A program made the position numbers and the translations under genes. The notes beneath the pieces are model-generated. The model was not told the DNA's origin and made no database searches. It was given only the letters and a program-made list of their open reading frames with translations. Of a DNA stretch of 64,000 nt, positions 40,459 through 52,162 are shown in pieces. The stretch lies in the NCBI GenBank assembly GCA_951406725.2, contig OX597822.1:24056001-24120000 (forward strand), in the 5' to 3' direction. Every line of letters begins with the position of its first letter. Positions within the stretch are counted from its first letter, which is position 1. The stretch comes from Octopus vulgaris (taxonomy: Eukaryota).

Positions 40459-41479
40459 AAAAGAATACAGTAAATCACTAAACATAGGAGGAAGGAAACC
40501 CAGTTTGAAATGGTGCAAGTTCATGCGGTTGTCTGTGTGGCCAAGCAATAAGTACAGCCATAGGTGCTAGGTTCAATCCACACTAAAGTTGACATTTAAA
40601 TAACAGCAGCAGGACACCTAGGAGTCACTACCTATTTGGGCCCAGTTCCCTTAAAGATTCAGGAACTAATGGGCTGATGCACTTGTTTGACAGGAATTCT
40701 TCCTCTAAGAATTTCTCCTGCTAACCTCTCACCCTGTAGCGAGTTTCTGCTCACTATAGCAGAAGAATTTTTAAATTATAAGACCTTATGCTTATTATAA
40801 TTACCAATACATCTAGCATAGTACTGATTTGCTACATTAGTATCAATCTATGATATATGTGACATGACAAAACAAATATATATATGTGAGTCTATGTATG
40901 TGCATGAATGCATGCATGTGTGTGTATACATACATATACACAAACATATATGCACAGATACACAAACTCATGCATATATACACATATAAACACACACACA
41001 CACACACATATACATATATATAGAGAGAGAGACATATACATACATACAAATGTATGTACAATTATATATGTACAATTATATATGTACAATTATATATATA
41101 TCTATATACATGCGCATGCCTATGTATATACATATACATAAACAGCCATATGTGTGTGTGTGTGTATATATACATATATACACACATAGCCATTCACACA
41201 TACATGCACCATGCACGCACACATCTATCTATCTACCAACATACATATACACGAATATATGCACTTACATTCATATATCAAACAATGTATTTTAATTTTC
41301 CCTTTTAACATGACCATATTTATCTCAGTCTTAGAATGAGCAAAAAGAACAACAACAACAAAAGGAAGAACCCAGAATATTCTCTGAGGAATTAAAAGTA
41401 CCATGGTACCATAGCATTGCTCTGTTTAATGATTTGCTCCAGATGAAGTAGTAAACACCTTCTGTTAAGTAGACTAGCA

Positions 41480-41960
41480 GATAAATAACACTGTCTCCTC
41501 ATACACAAAAATAACATGTGACCCTATTACATCATATCTATTATTATTGGTGGTACCATGACGATCAAGAATCCTTCTTGTATTGACATTTCGTAAGTTT
41601 TGGTCCATTTGTTCTTTCGTCATTCCTCTGTAGCAGGAATGTTGGCAAAGTCCCAAACACCAACTCACCACAGAGGAACTAAACTCAAATGACTGCATTC
41701 AGAGTGAAAGCAAGTGTAAACACCGATAAAGGATTTTGTCAAGGATTGATGTCAGCAAGCAGCTAGATATTCAAGTCCCTGGTAGACGCAATAAGGACTA
41801 GTGTCTATCAGTAGCTTGCCTAACCAGCAAAAGCACAATAAATCCAGTAGGTACTTAATTCCTTAGAATTCCAGTTGTTGTAAATAATATATTGGAACAT
41901 CAATCATGATTTTACCTTTGACATCTTTTCTTTGACAGATAATTTGCTATATATATATGT

Positions 41961-42003
<43 letters not shown>

Positions 42004-43100
42004 TTTAATGTATATTATTTAGTATATATAAGAATTTTTTGCGTAATAAGATAAAAAAACCAAGGCTGTATAGATATTTGAGCATTTATAGATAGAAGGT
42101 CTTACAGCTGTTTCTAGGATATTAATTAATAATATCCCTTCATCAGAGATGGTGTGAGAGGAAAAATTAAGTCTTATGACTTAATTTTTCTTCTCATACC
42201 TGAAGTGAAGACCAAATGTATAGTGTGTGTGTTTAATTGACAAAACATGACCATCCCCAGCTATAAACAATATCTGTTTCAACACACAATTTCACATCAA
42301 GTATCTTGCAAAACAAATAGATAAATGTAGACAGACAGACAGATAGATAGATAGAGACATATAGATCATTTGTCTGGTAACTGGCCAGCAGCTGTAAGAT
42401 AGCTAATGCCAATTGCTGCAGGAAGTTAAGCCACTCAGCTACAAGATCCAATAACTTCAATAATCCACGATGATTGCTGATACACACGTCTCACATGGTC
42501 TCACACAAACTGACTCGCTGCAAATATTTCTTTCTTGTCATCATAGCTTGTAGTTACACATCTTATATCTGATTTTCCATGCTAGGATTATGGGTTTTCT
42601 TCCATGGTCTGTCTTTATGAAGAAATTCCTGAGTTCACATAATTCTTGAATAATTTTACATGCACAAAATGAATCCATTCCACTAGCCCTGTATCCAGGA
42701 TAAGCAGAGATGTTTTTTTTTTTCTTTTTGGTATATTGGTATGGATCTCAAATCTCAGTGCTTCATCATGGTTCTACCTCTATCAAACAACTTCAAGATC
42801 TCATATTCTTTTTAGATCCAGCAATTCCAACACACAGTGCTTAATTAAAGATCTGAAATTTTTAATAGGTGTAAACACATGGACAGATTTCTTTTATCAA
42901 ATTGGAGGGTACTACCTACTCCGGAGTGAGTTGTTATCTTACAGACTTTGACATATTTTTCTGTTATTTTGTTCTAACCCAGCTGTATTTAATGAGCTTT
43001 CTACAGTCAAGGATGACAAGGATTTTAGCTTTCTAAAATGTTTCTGATAAAATCCTTAAACACACCCAAAATAACTACTGTTCTACTAGTGCCCCATTTC
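41480..43100 (-). mobile_element. possible highly decayed Ty3/Gypsy pol remnant, interrupted by other repeats
   Basis: Scattered minus-strand peptides [37 protein letters not shown] appear in the order expected for RT connection and RNase H, with many stops. Confidence 0.3.
42100..42149 (-). ncRNA. type I minimal hammerhead ribozyme motif (Penelope-type)
   Basis: Minus strand reads TCT-CTGATGA-A-GGGATATT-ATTAATT-AATATCCT-A-GAAA-C-AGCT-G-TA^AGA. Core complete, 3-bp stem I, 8-bp stem II, A.A at the base of stem II. Confidence 0.7.
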
Positions 43101-43153
43101 ATTCCAAATGGTAGTTTAACTGATGACATTTGTATAACAAGACATTGCATTAC

Positions 43154-43164
43154 CTGACTTGGAC
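43154..43164 (-). CDS. candidate 11-nt VAC14 microexon
   Basis: Minus strand reads ttcattttgtttgtag|GTCCAAGTCAG|gtaatg and would continue CG|G TCC AAG TCA G (R-S-K-S). Splice signals only. Confidence 0.2.
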
Positions 43165-43264
43165 CTACAAACAAAATGAATATCCCTGCCTTATTTCCAT
43201 TACAAAAACAGAAAATTCTTTGAGGATATAAAAAGAAAAGACAAAGAGACAAGCAAAGAAAGAA

Positions 43265-43296
<32 letters not shown>

Positions 43297-43326
43297 TCAA
43301 TATATAATAAATATACACACATATAT

Positions 43327-43381
<55 letters not shown>

Positions 43382-43404
43382 TGTATATATACACATGTAT
43401 ATAC

Positions 43405-43445
<41 letters not shown>

Positions 43446-43583
43446 TATATACATACATAATACATACATACATATATACACACACACACATATATATATA
43501 TATATACATATATACATACATATATATACATGCATAGATATATACACATATTCATGCATAAATAAATACATATATACATATAT

Positions 43584-43626
<43 letters not shown>

Positions 43627-43903
43627 AACACACATATACATATGTGTGTGTGTGTGCATGAATGGTTGTTTTTATGTCAAGCTATATATAAAAACAATTT
43701 AACATTAAACTCAATTACTCAATTTTTGTTTTAGTAGATTACTTATTTATTAACTACTGCAACAAAATGTTTCACAGTGACTTACAAGCTTTGACTAGTC
43801 ACACACTGATGAAAGCATTCAAGCTTAAACTTCAAAGCTGCTGTCAACCTTTTCCTTGTGAAAATTTATATATATATATCAGCATGTGTTTTGAATGACT
43901 TAC

Positions 43904-44060
43904 CGTCTGTTTACTGGAGTCAGATGAAAGTTAGGAATGCACTGTAGACGAGCTTGCAGGATTCGAAAAGCGTCCGACTGTGGTAGTAGCATAAGAATTC
44001 CATACAGACTTTTGACTAAATACTGATTGTTCTCAGCCTCAAGCATCTGAAGACGCAAAT
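43904..44060 (-). CDS. VAC14: VAC14 internal coding exon, 157 nt
   Basis: Minus strand reads cttctaaatacag|AT TTG CGT ... AGA CG|gtaagt. It joins in frame to the 80-nt exon (T|AT = Tyr) and translates [52 protein letters not shown], matching VAC14 YLRLQLL..NN.YL.K.LYGLLMLLPQS.AF..L..RLQC.PN. Confidence 0.95.
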
Positions 44061-44375
44061 CTGTATTTAGAAGACAAAAAAGGAAAAAGAAAGAAAACAG
44101 TAAAATATTTTAACCTTCTTATACCTAAATAAATATTTAGAAAAAACCTTATATATATATATGTCTTTTGCGATATAGTAAAAAGTAAGGAATAAGTCTG
44201 ATATAAAAAAAAACATTTAATTGTTGCATGTGGTTAAGAAGTTTGCTTTGCAAGCACTCGGTTTTGAGTTCAGTCCCACTGCATGGCAGCTTGGGCAAAT
44301 GTCTTCTACAGTAGCCTTGGGCAAACCAAAGCCTTGCTAATAGATTTGTCAGATGGAATCTGAAAAAAGCCTGGC

Positions 44376-44408
<33 letters not shown>

Positions 44409-44954
44409 ATTCCAGCATGGAAGGTGTTTATAAGACATTGAAGAAACACAAAATTTGTTAGATTCACTTCAACATTTAAATTTAATGTCTCCAGCTGGCT
44501 ATATGACAGCTCAAGCTAAAACAACAGTAACATTCATCCCAACCAGGACTGCCACATTATGTTGGCAAATAATATTTACATTAAAGTACTGTTATTGTAT
44601 GTCTCTCGTTGACAGATTTAGAAATAAAGAGACTTAGTAATTTTAATATTTCTATTATATATATATTCTTTTATTTGTTTCAGTCATTTGACTGTGGCAA
44701 TGCTGGAGCACACACACATGTATAGGTGCATGCGTGACTGTGTAGCAAGAAGCTTGCTTCCCAACCACATGGTTCCAGTTTCAGTCCCACTGCATGGCAC
44801 CTAGAGCATGTGTCTTCTACTATAGCCTCAGGCCAACCAAAGCCTTGTGAATGAATTTGGTGGATAGAAACTGAAGGAGGCCTGTGCCAGTAGCATGTTA
44901 AAAGCACCATCTGAACATGGTCGATGCCAGCCCCCGTGAAGCATGGCAGTTTGC

Positions 44955-45256
44955 ACACATGCATCGTACAATCTACCTTTCACTCTGAGTGAGAGACCCT
45001 TTGTCACCAGTAGGAGAAGAAGCTTCCTAAACTTTGCCCAGGCTGAGCATCCACCCCCTCTACTGAATTGGTCACCTAGGTAGCAGAAACTATCAACTAC
45101 TTCTAGTTTCTACCCCAGGAGTGTAATGGAATCTGTTCTCTGAGTATCAATGGTGTCTATTGCCCTAGTGCATCTGCCGCACACGAAAGCTATCTTCTCG
45201 GTTAATTTTCCTTTGATATTGCTGCATCTCTTATGTGTCAATAGCTTACACTGATA
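44955..45256 (-). mobile_element. RTE-X LINE reverse transcriptase fragment
   Basis: HKRCSNIKGKL...FVCGRC...LEVVDSFCYLGD...GGGC..AWAKFRKL..LL.TKGLSLRVKGRLYDACV. Confidence 0.8.
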
Positions 45257-45984
45257 TATATATATATATAACAAAGTAAAATTGGAAGGTGTATATATAT
45301 ATATACATACATATATATGTGTGTGTGTGTGTGTGTCTTTGTATCTGTGTATGTCTCCCACCACCACAGCTTAACAATGGGAGCTGATGTGCTTTTATCC
45401 CCATAACTTAGTGGTTTGGCAAAAGAGACCGATAGAATAAGAACAAGGCTTATAAAAAGTAAGTACTGGGGTTGATACATTCGACTAAAAATTCTTCAAG
45501 GCGGTGCTCCAGCATGGCCACAACCAAATGGCTGGAAAAAATAAAAGAATACACACACACATATATACTCAGACAGACACATATATGCATATGTAATATG
45601 CTTCCTTGCAATAATGTTGTTATTCAGACATAAAACCTCCTCAGAGTCTGCCAAAGCTTTTAATTGTTGCTGTCATCTTATCATAAGATTATTGTATTGG
45701 AAGCATCAAGAATTATCAACAACAATTATAGGGTTAAGTAAATGATTACTTAACGAGCTATTTCAATGCCAAAGCAATACTTCCAAGAGCTATTTGCCTG
45801 CATCCTTCAAATAAATTAATGAACACAAACTCAAATAGCTATCAATATTACTTGCCTTCAGGCTGAATACTTCAACTGAACAACGTAGATGCAAAAAGAT
45901 ATTTTTTGTTCTTTTTTTTTCTGATTTGTTTTGGCATTTTTTTTTTTTTGGTGTGGTTGGTATTATAGTAAAAGATAACTATAA

Positions 45985-46320
45985 AATCATCATCATTATC
46001 ATCATCGCTATCATCATTATCATTGTCATCATCCTTATTATCAACATCATTTCTCATTACCATCACATCGCCACCACAAGGACTGTCATCATCATCGCTA
46101 TCACCACCACCATCATGTCATCACCAGTACTGTTGTCATCATCGTCATCACCGGTATCATTATCATCATCACCACCACTGACACCACACGAAACAACCAT
46201 TTCATCATTACCACTACCACCACTAGCCATCACCAACACCATCACCACCACCACCATCATCATCACCAACACCACTGTTGTCATCACCACCACCACCACA
46301 ACTACCACCATTGTCATCGC
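45985..46320 (-). repeat. (CAT/CAC)n tract
   Basis: Directly visible. Confidence 0.9.
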
Positions 46321-46324
46321 TACT

Positions 46325-46563
46325 TTATTTCCATTTCTTTACTACCCACAAGGGGCTAAACACAGAGAGGACAAACAAGGACAGACAAACGGATTAAGTC
46401 GATTACATCAACCCCAGTGCATAACTGGTACTTATTTAATCGACCCCGAAAGGATGAAAGGCAAAGTCGACCACGGCGGAATTTGAACTCAGAACGTAGC
46501 GGCAGACGAAATACCGCTAGGCATTTTGCCTGGTGTGCTAACGATTCTGCCAGCTCACCGCCT
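46325..46563 (-). mobile_element. SINE family A, full length
   Basis: Reverse complement of family A. Confidence 0.9.
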
Positions 46564-46582
46564 TATCACTAGATTATTTCAA

Positions 46583-46810
46583 ATTGCTCCAGTTCACTCA
46601 GCTGTAGAAACGAGTTGCGATGTCACTGGTGCCAAGATGTATCAGCACCTTTGCCTTTCCCTTGGATAACATTTGTGGCATGGAGAGGTAAGAATGGTAT
46701 GCGTGGGCAACTGCTGGTCTTCCAGGAAACAACCTTGCCTGGACTTGTGGCCTCGGAGGGTAACTTTCCAGGTGCAATCCCATAGTCATTCATGACCAAA
46801 AGGGGTCCTT
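46583..46810 (+). mobile_element. SINE family D 3' portion
   Basis: CAGTTCACTCAGCTGTAGAAA..GGAGGGTAACTTTC. Inverted match to 6100-6350. Confidence 0.75.
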
Positions 46811-46899
46811 TACCTTTTAAGCTCACATTCATTCCTCCTTCACCAAATACAGTTGGAACTCTTCTTAGCTACTTCTACCATTGTCTTCAGAGCAGTGGT

Positions 46900-47286
46900 C
46901 TCTTTTACTCTTTTTTTTTTTACTCTTTTACTTGTTTCAGTCATTTGACTGCGGCTATGCTGGAGCACTGCCCTTAGTCAAGTAATTCGACCCCGGGACT
47001 TATTCTTTGTAAGTCTAGTACTTATTCTATCGGTCTCTTTTGCTTAACCGCTAAGTTACGGGGACATAAACACACCAGCATCAATTGTCAAGCGATGTTG
47101 GGGGGACAAACACAAACATACAAACACACACATACATATATATGATGGGCTTCTTTCAGTTTCCGTCTACCAAATCCACTCACAAGGCTTTGGTCGGCCC
47201 GAGGCTATAGTAGAAGACAGTTGCCCAAGGTGCCACGCAGCAGGACTGAACCCGCAAGCCACTTACCACACAGCCACTCCTGCGCC
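46900..47286 (-). mobile_element. SINE family B, near full length
   Basis: Reverse complement of family B. Confidence 0.9.
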
Positions 47287-47596
47287 TATTTTCCAGAAAT
47301 TGAGAGATTTTATACTATCACCCTTAATGTGACACATGACACCCAGCCAAAAGATGTACACAGTGCTCTCTTTCCGCTTTTGCTACAGTGTCACATTGGT
47401 TTTGATTATGTCATTTGAAGATTCATTGTCTTTTATAAATGGGTTTCGTAGTCGTCATCATCGTTGTGCTTCGTTATATCCAGGAAAACGATCGATTCAG
47501 AAATAACATTGTATAGAAGTAATTATATATTTTTTTTAAATAAAAACAAATTCAGGAAAGAAAAGACAGAAATATAAAAGAAAAAAACATACTTAC

Positions 47597-47676
47597 AGGC
47601 AAATATAGGTGATTCGATTAGTTGAACTAATTTGTCAAGTTCAATAAGAAATTCTTTTGTTATTTCTAAATCTCCA
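47597..47676 (-). CDS. VAC14: VAC14 (PIKfyve/FIG4 scaffold) internal coding exon, 80 nt
   Basis: Minus strand reads tttttacag|T GGA GAT ... GCC T|gtaagt. It translates [26 protein letters not shown], matching the VAC14 C-terminal motif [26 protein letters not shown] as I recall it. Length 1+78+1 nt. Confidence 0.95.
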
Positions 47677-47733
47677 CTGTAAAAAACATATGAGTCAAGG
47701 AAAAAAAACACACACACACACAAAGAATCGTTG

Positions 47734-47802
47734 GAGGAGGAGGAGGGGGGAGAAGAAGAAGAAGAGCAGTGGCAGCAGCAGCAGCAGCAACAACAGCAAC
47801 AA

Positions 47803-47849
<47 letters not shown>

Positions 47850-47886
47850 GCAGCAGCAACAACAACAACACCAAGAAGAAGAAGAT
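47734..47886. repeat. (GAG)(AAG)(CAG/CAA)n compound trinucleotide tract
   Basis: Directly visible. Intronic, about 60 nt upstream of the 80-nt exon acceptor. Confidence 0.95.
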
Positions 47887-48329
47887 ACACGATGTGTTTC
47901 TAAGTAAAATTTGACAGTAACAATAATAAATAAACGGATTCAGATTCTCTGCAGAAATACTGAAAGTAAAGTTAATTTACATACGTAATGTAAAACATAC
48001 ACATGCACGCACACACACATGCATACAAACACACATGCACACACACAATCACATGCACATGCACACACATATTAATACACACATACATACACACAAGGGG
48101 TATGGTTAGTAACTTTACTTAGAAAACATGTCGTTCGAAGTTTGATAAGTCTCTTCTATTATAGGTTCATGTTGATCAATACCTTTATCATTGTTGTTTT
48201 ACTATCCACTTTTCCATGCTGTCATGGATCGGATCAGACAGAATCTGTTGAGGCATGCAACTATCACAAAATTTTGCCCAGACAAAGAGATACATGTGCA
48301 CGCGCACACACCCACACACACACACACAC

Positions 48330-48875
48330 AGCCTGGCACTTCATCAATTACAATGACAAGGGTTCCAAATGATCCAATCAATGAACAACTTGCTTGTGAA
48401 ATTAACATGCAAGTGGCTGAGTACTCCGCAGACCTGCATACCCTTAACATAGTTCTCAGGGAGATCCAGTGTGATACAGAATGTAACAGGGCTGGCCGTT
48501 TTGAATTACTGTTACAACTCATTTTTGCCAGCTGAGCAAGGTTGTTGCCAGTACCGCCTGACTGGCCCCCGTGCCGGTGGCACGTAAAAAGCACCCACTA
48601 CACTCTCGGAGTGGTTGGCATTAGGAAGGGCATCCAGCTGTAGAAACTCTGCCAAATCAAGATTGGAGCCTCGTGCAGCCATCTGGTTCGCCAGCCCTCA
48701 GTCAAATTCGTCCAACCCATGCTAGCATGGAAAGCGGACATTAAATGATGATGAGTGGATTGGAGCAATGTGAAGTGAAATAAAGTGTCTTGCTCAAGGA
48801 CATAGCGCGCCACCAGGAATTGAACTCACGACCTTACAATTGTGAACAAATACCCCAGCCACTAAGCCCATACAT
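48330..48875. mobile_element. family D SINE (minus) split by a family E insertion (48540-48752, plus)
   Basis: Family D tail at 48330-48535 and head at 48753-48870 are collinear across the family E copy. Confidence 0.8.
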
Positions 48876-49610
48876 GCACACACATATATATATACATACA
48901 ATAGGCTTCTTCCAGTTTCTATGCACCAAATCTAGTCACAAGACTTTAGTTGGCATAGGGCTATAATAGAAAACACTTGTTCAAGGTACCATGCAGTGGG
49001 ACTGAACCTAAAGTCACATGGTTGCGAAGCAAATATCTTAACCACACAGCCACTGTGAAGATATAAGGTATTAAAGTCAACAGTATTTAACATTAATCTA
49101 CCTTACAAACTTACGTTATTCTTTGCTTTCAGTTTCCCCACCACTGAAGTTTTATCCCATCGTTAACGCTAATTAATTACTTATCTTTCCTTTCTTTCTT
49201 TCTGTTTTAGGTTTATCTTTCACCTTTATCTCTCTCACAATATTTCTAATTCAACAAGAATTTTCATACTCTCTCTCTCTCTCTGTATATAAATATGTGT
49301 GCGTGTATGCCTATACATACATACATATATATGAGTGGAGGAGTGTATGTGTAAGTGTGTGTATGTGTATATAAATATATATAGAGATTTATATACATCT
49401 ATATATATATATGTGTACATGTATATACATTTATATATATATATGTATACATAGACAAACATAAACACACACACACAAACACACTCACACACACACACAC
49501 ACCACATTATGAAAACATTGAAGAAAACAAAACTCATCAAAATGCGCTTATCTTCAGTTCATCTGCTTTAATTTAATTGAAGACTGTAACACATGGGAAG
49601 GAAAACTTAC

Positions 49611-49619
49611 AACTGTTCA
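49611..49619 (-). CDS. candidate 9-nt in-frame VAC14 microexon
   Basis: Minus strand reads gctgacttaaggatttccttactgcag|TGAACAGTT|gtaagt, frame-preserving in a phase-2 intron. Splice signals only, no homology support. Confidence 0.25.
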
Positions 49620-49845
49620 CTGCAGTAAGGAAATCCTTAAGTCAGCCTCCCGCAAATTCAAGTTAACACTGTTGGTTTACACACAAACACACACACAAAC
49701 ACACAAACACACACACACACACACATACACACACAGATAGACATAGACAGACAGATACAGAGATAGTTAGGGTTCCCATAAATTACCATTACAATTTGAT
49801 ACAATAAATGGTGGCAATTGTGAAGGAAATTTATGATAAATAAAA

Positions 49846-50834
49846 TGAGGGTGGGCTGAAAAGTTTATAGGCTGACTTTTGAAGGAGTGATGCTAGAGCT
49901 GTGAAATTTTGCATGCATTAATTTCAACTCCTCTTTTTAATAAACCGCATTGTTTCTTTCCAACTAAACTGACATTTGACTGTTCAAAGAACACTTCGAA
50001 AGTAACTAGTAGTGACTCCTCTTGAAAATAGACAAAACTTGTTAAGGCAGTTACAAAGGTCTATCAAAATCAAACACGGCAAGCTGGCAGAAACGTTAGC
50101 ACGCCAGGCGAAATGCTCAACGGTATTTCGTCTGCCACTGCGTTCTGAGTTCAAATTAAGTACCAGTTACGCACTGGGATCGATATAATCGACTTAATCC
50201 GTTTGTCTGTCCTTGTTTATTCTCTCAGTGTTTAGCCCCTTGTGGGTAGTAAAGAAATAGGTATTTTGTCTGCGTTCTGAGTTCAAATTCCGCCGAGGTC
50301 GACTTTGCCTTTCATCCTTTTGGGGTCGATAAATTAAGTACCAGTTACACACTGGGGTCGATGTAATCGACTTAATCTGTTTATCTGTCCTTGTTTGTCC
50401 CGTCTGTGTTTAGCCCCTTGTGGGTAGTAAAGAAATATATCAAAATCAAACACCCACAAAAACTGTTTCATCAAGACAATACTCCAGCACCCAAGTCCTT
50501 AGTTTGAATGGCTGCTGTGCATGACTGTTGCTCTGAGTTGGTTGATCACCTTCCTTATTCTCCTGATTTGACCCTCCATCTGACTATTATTTGATCCATC
50601 CCCAACATGGAAAAGGCACTTGGATGGGGACCAGTATCACAGATCATGTCACATCTACTGATGATGACTTTCTTGACCAACAGCATGAAAGCTTCTTCAC
50701 CAATGGGATCCAAGTATTGCAACATCGATGGAAGAAGTGAATGAACCACAAGGGTGACTATATCGAAAAATAAACCTCATTTGGTTACATTTCATGAGAG
50801 TATCTTGGACAGCCTATGAACTGTTTAGCTGACC

Positions 50835-50838
<4 letters not shown>
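49846..50838 (+). mobile_element. internally deleted mariner (DD34D-type) transposon with nested SINE
   Basis: TIRs TGAGGGTGGGCTGAAAAGTTTATAGGCTG / CAGCCTATGAACTGTTTAGCTGACCCTCA|TA. Remnant peptide FHQDN.PA...DH.PYSPDL...NGI..LQHRWKK...GDYIEK. Confidence 0.85.
50078..50437 (+). mobile_element. SINE family A dimer with perfect 16-bp TSD
   Basis: TATCAAAATCAAACAC at 50062-50077 and 50438-50453. Confidence 0.92.
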
Positions 50839-50873
<35 letters not shown>

Positions 50874-51324
50874 TGATTGACAGAATGAGGTAAAAAATCC
50901 AAGGCTGTGAAAGATTTCAGAACATTTATAAAGAGAAGGTCTTACAGTTGTTTCTGGGAAATTTTATATATTTCCGGGAAATTTTAAGATATTCCATAAA
51001 GGTACCCTTTATGGTGAGGAACTCACGGTAACCCTATAAACCAGCCTTCACCAGTAATAAATATAGACTGCTCTACTTCTTGGAGTGTGCTTCTTCTCCA
51101 GATTTATGTTTTTCTAAAAAATAGCAATATATATATATATCTCAGTGCGAATGTCAAGTTTAAGCTTATAGCAATCACCATGCAAAATGACTAAGGAAAA
51201 TAGTCTAATAATGGGGCATATAAGCCCTCAACAGAAAAAAGTAGGCTTTCCCATATGCATGGGACTCGAACTCACGTCCCTTTGTTAACGCAACTGTGTT
51301 ACCAATTATATATAGATTATATAT

Positions 51325-51512
51325 AGCCATGACAGATTGCTAGCCACTAAACGTTTTTCTATTTTCTCTCCCTGTTTATTTCTGTGTTCCTCTCTGTCAA
51401 AGAGTGTAGGCTCGAAACGTAAAAGACTTTCTCACTTCCCAAGCGTTAAACTAATACATCTGTTTGTTGTGTACACACTCGTCTTCGTCTTTTGTTTTTT
51501 TTTGTAATTCAC
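51325..51512 (+). mobile_element. Penelope-like terminal fragment with variant hammerhead-like motif
   Basis: AAGAG-TGTAGG-CTC-GAAACGTA. An inverted second copy lies at 62350-62530. Confidence 0.5.
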
Positions 51513-51529
51513 ACTATATATATATATAT

Positions 51530-51564
<35 letters not shown>

Positions 51565-51813
51565 TATATATATATATATTCGTTTTGCAAGATTCCTGAT
51601 GTGAAATTGTGTGTTGAAACAGATATTGTTGTATTTCGGGATGGTCATTTTATTTATTTATTATATTTATTTTTTGCCAATGGACAAGCATTAAAATAAT
51701 AAAATAACAGTAATAAACAAGTGAAGAAAACAAAATATATATATATAGTGCATGTGTTTATTTGGCAAAAAAATAAATAAATAAATAAAATGACCAGCCT
51801 GAGATACAACAAC

Positions 51814-51875
<62 letters not shown>

Positions 51876-52105
51876 CGTCCAACCCATGCTAGCAGGGAAA
51901 ACGGACGTTAAACGATGATGATGATGATATATATTCCAATAATTTATATTAAGTTTTTTTTAATTGCATTCTTATCTTATATGTATTGAATTTTAATGTA
52001 TATATGAATGTTATTATGGTTCTCGTTTTGTTAAATAAATAAGTCAACATTCTAATAGCCTAAAGCTGATAAACCAACTAAATTGTTTCTCCATTTTCTT
52101 ATTTG

Positions 52106-52162
<57 letters not shown>

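Noticed and set aside
47734-47886. Coding poly-Q/poly-S or poly-A tract
   Set aside because: It lies in the VAC14 intron just upstream of the acceptor, with no exon boundaries.
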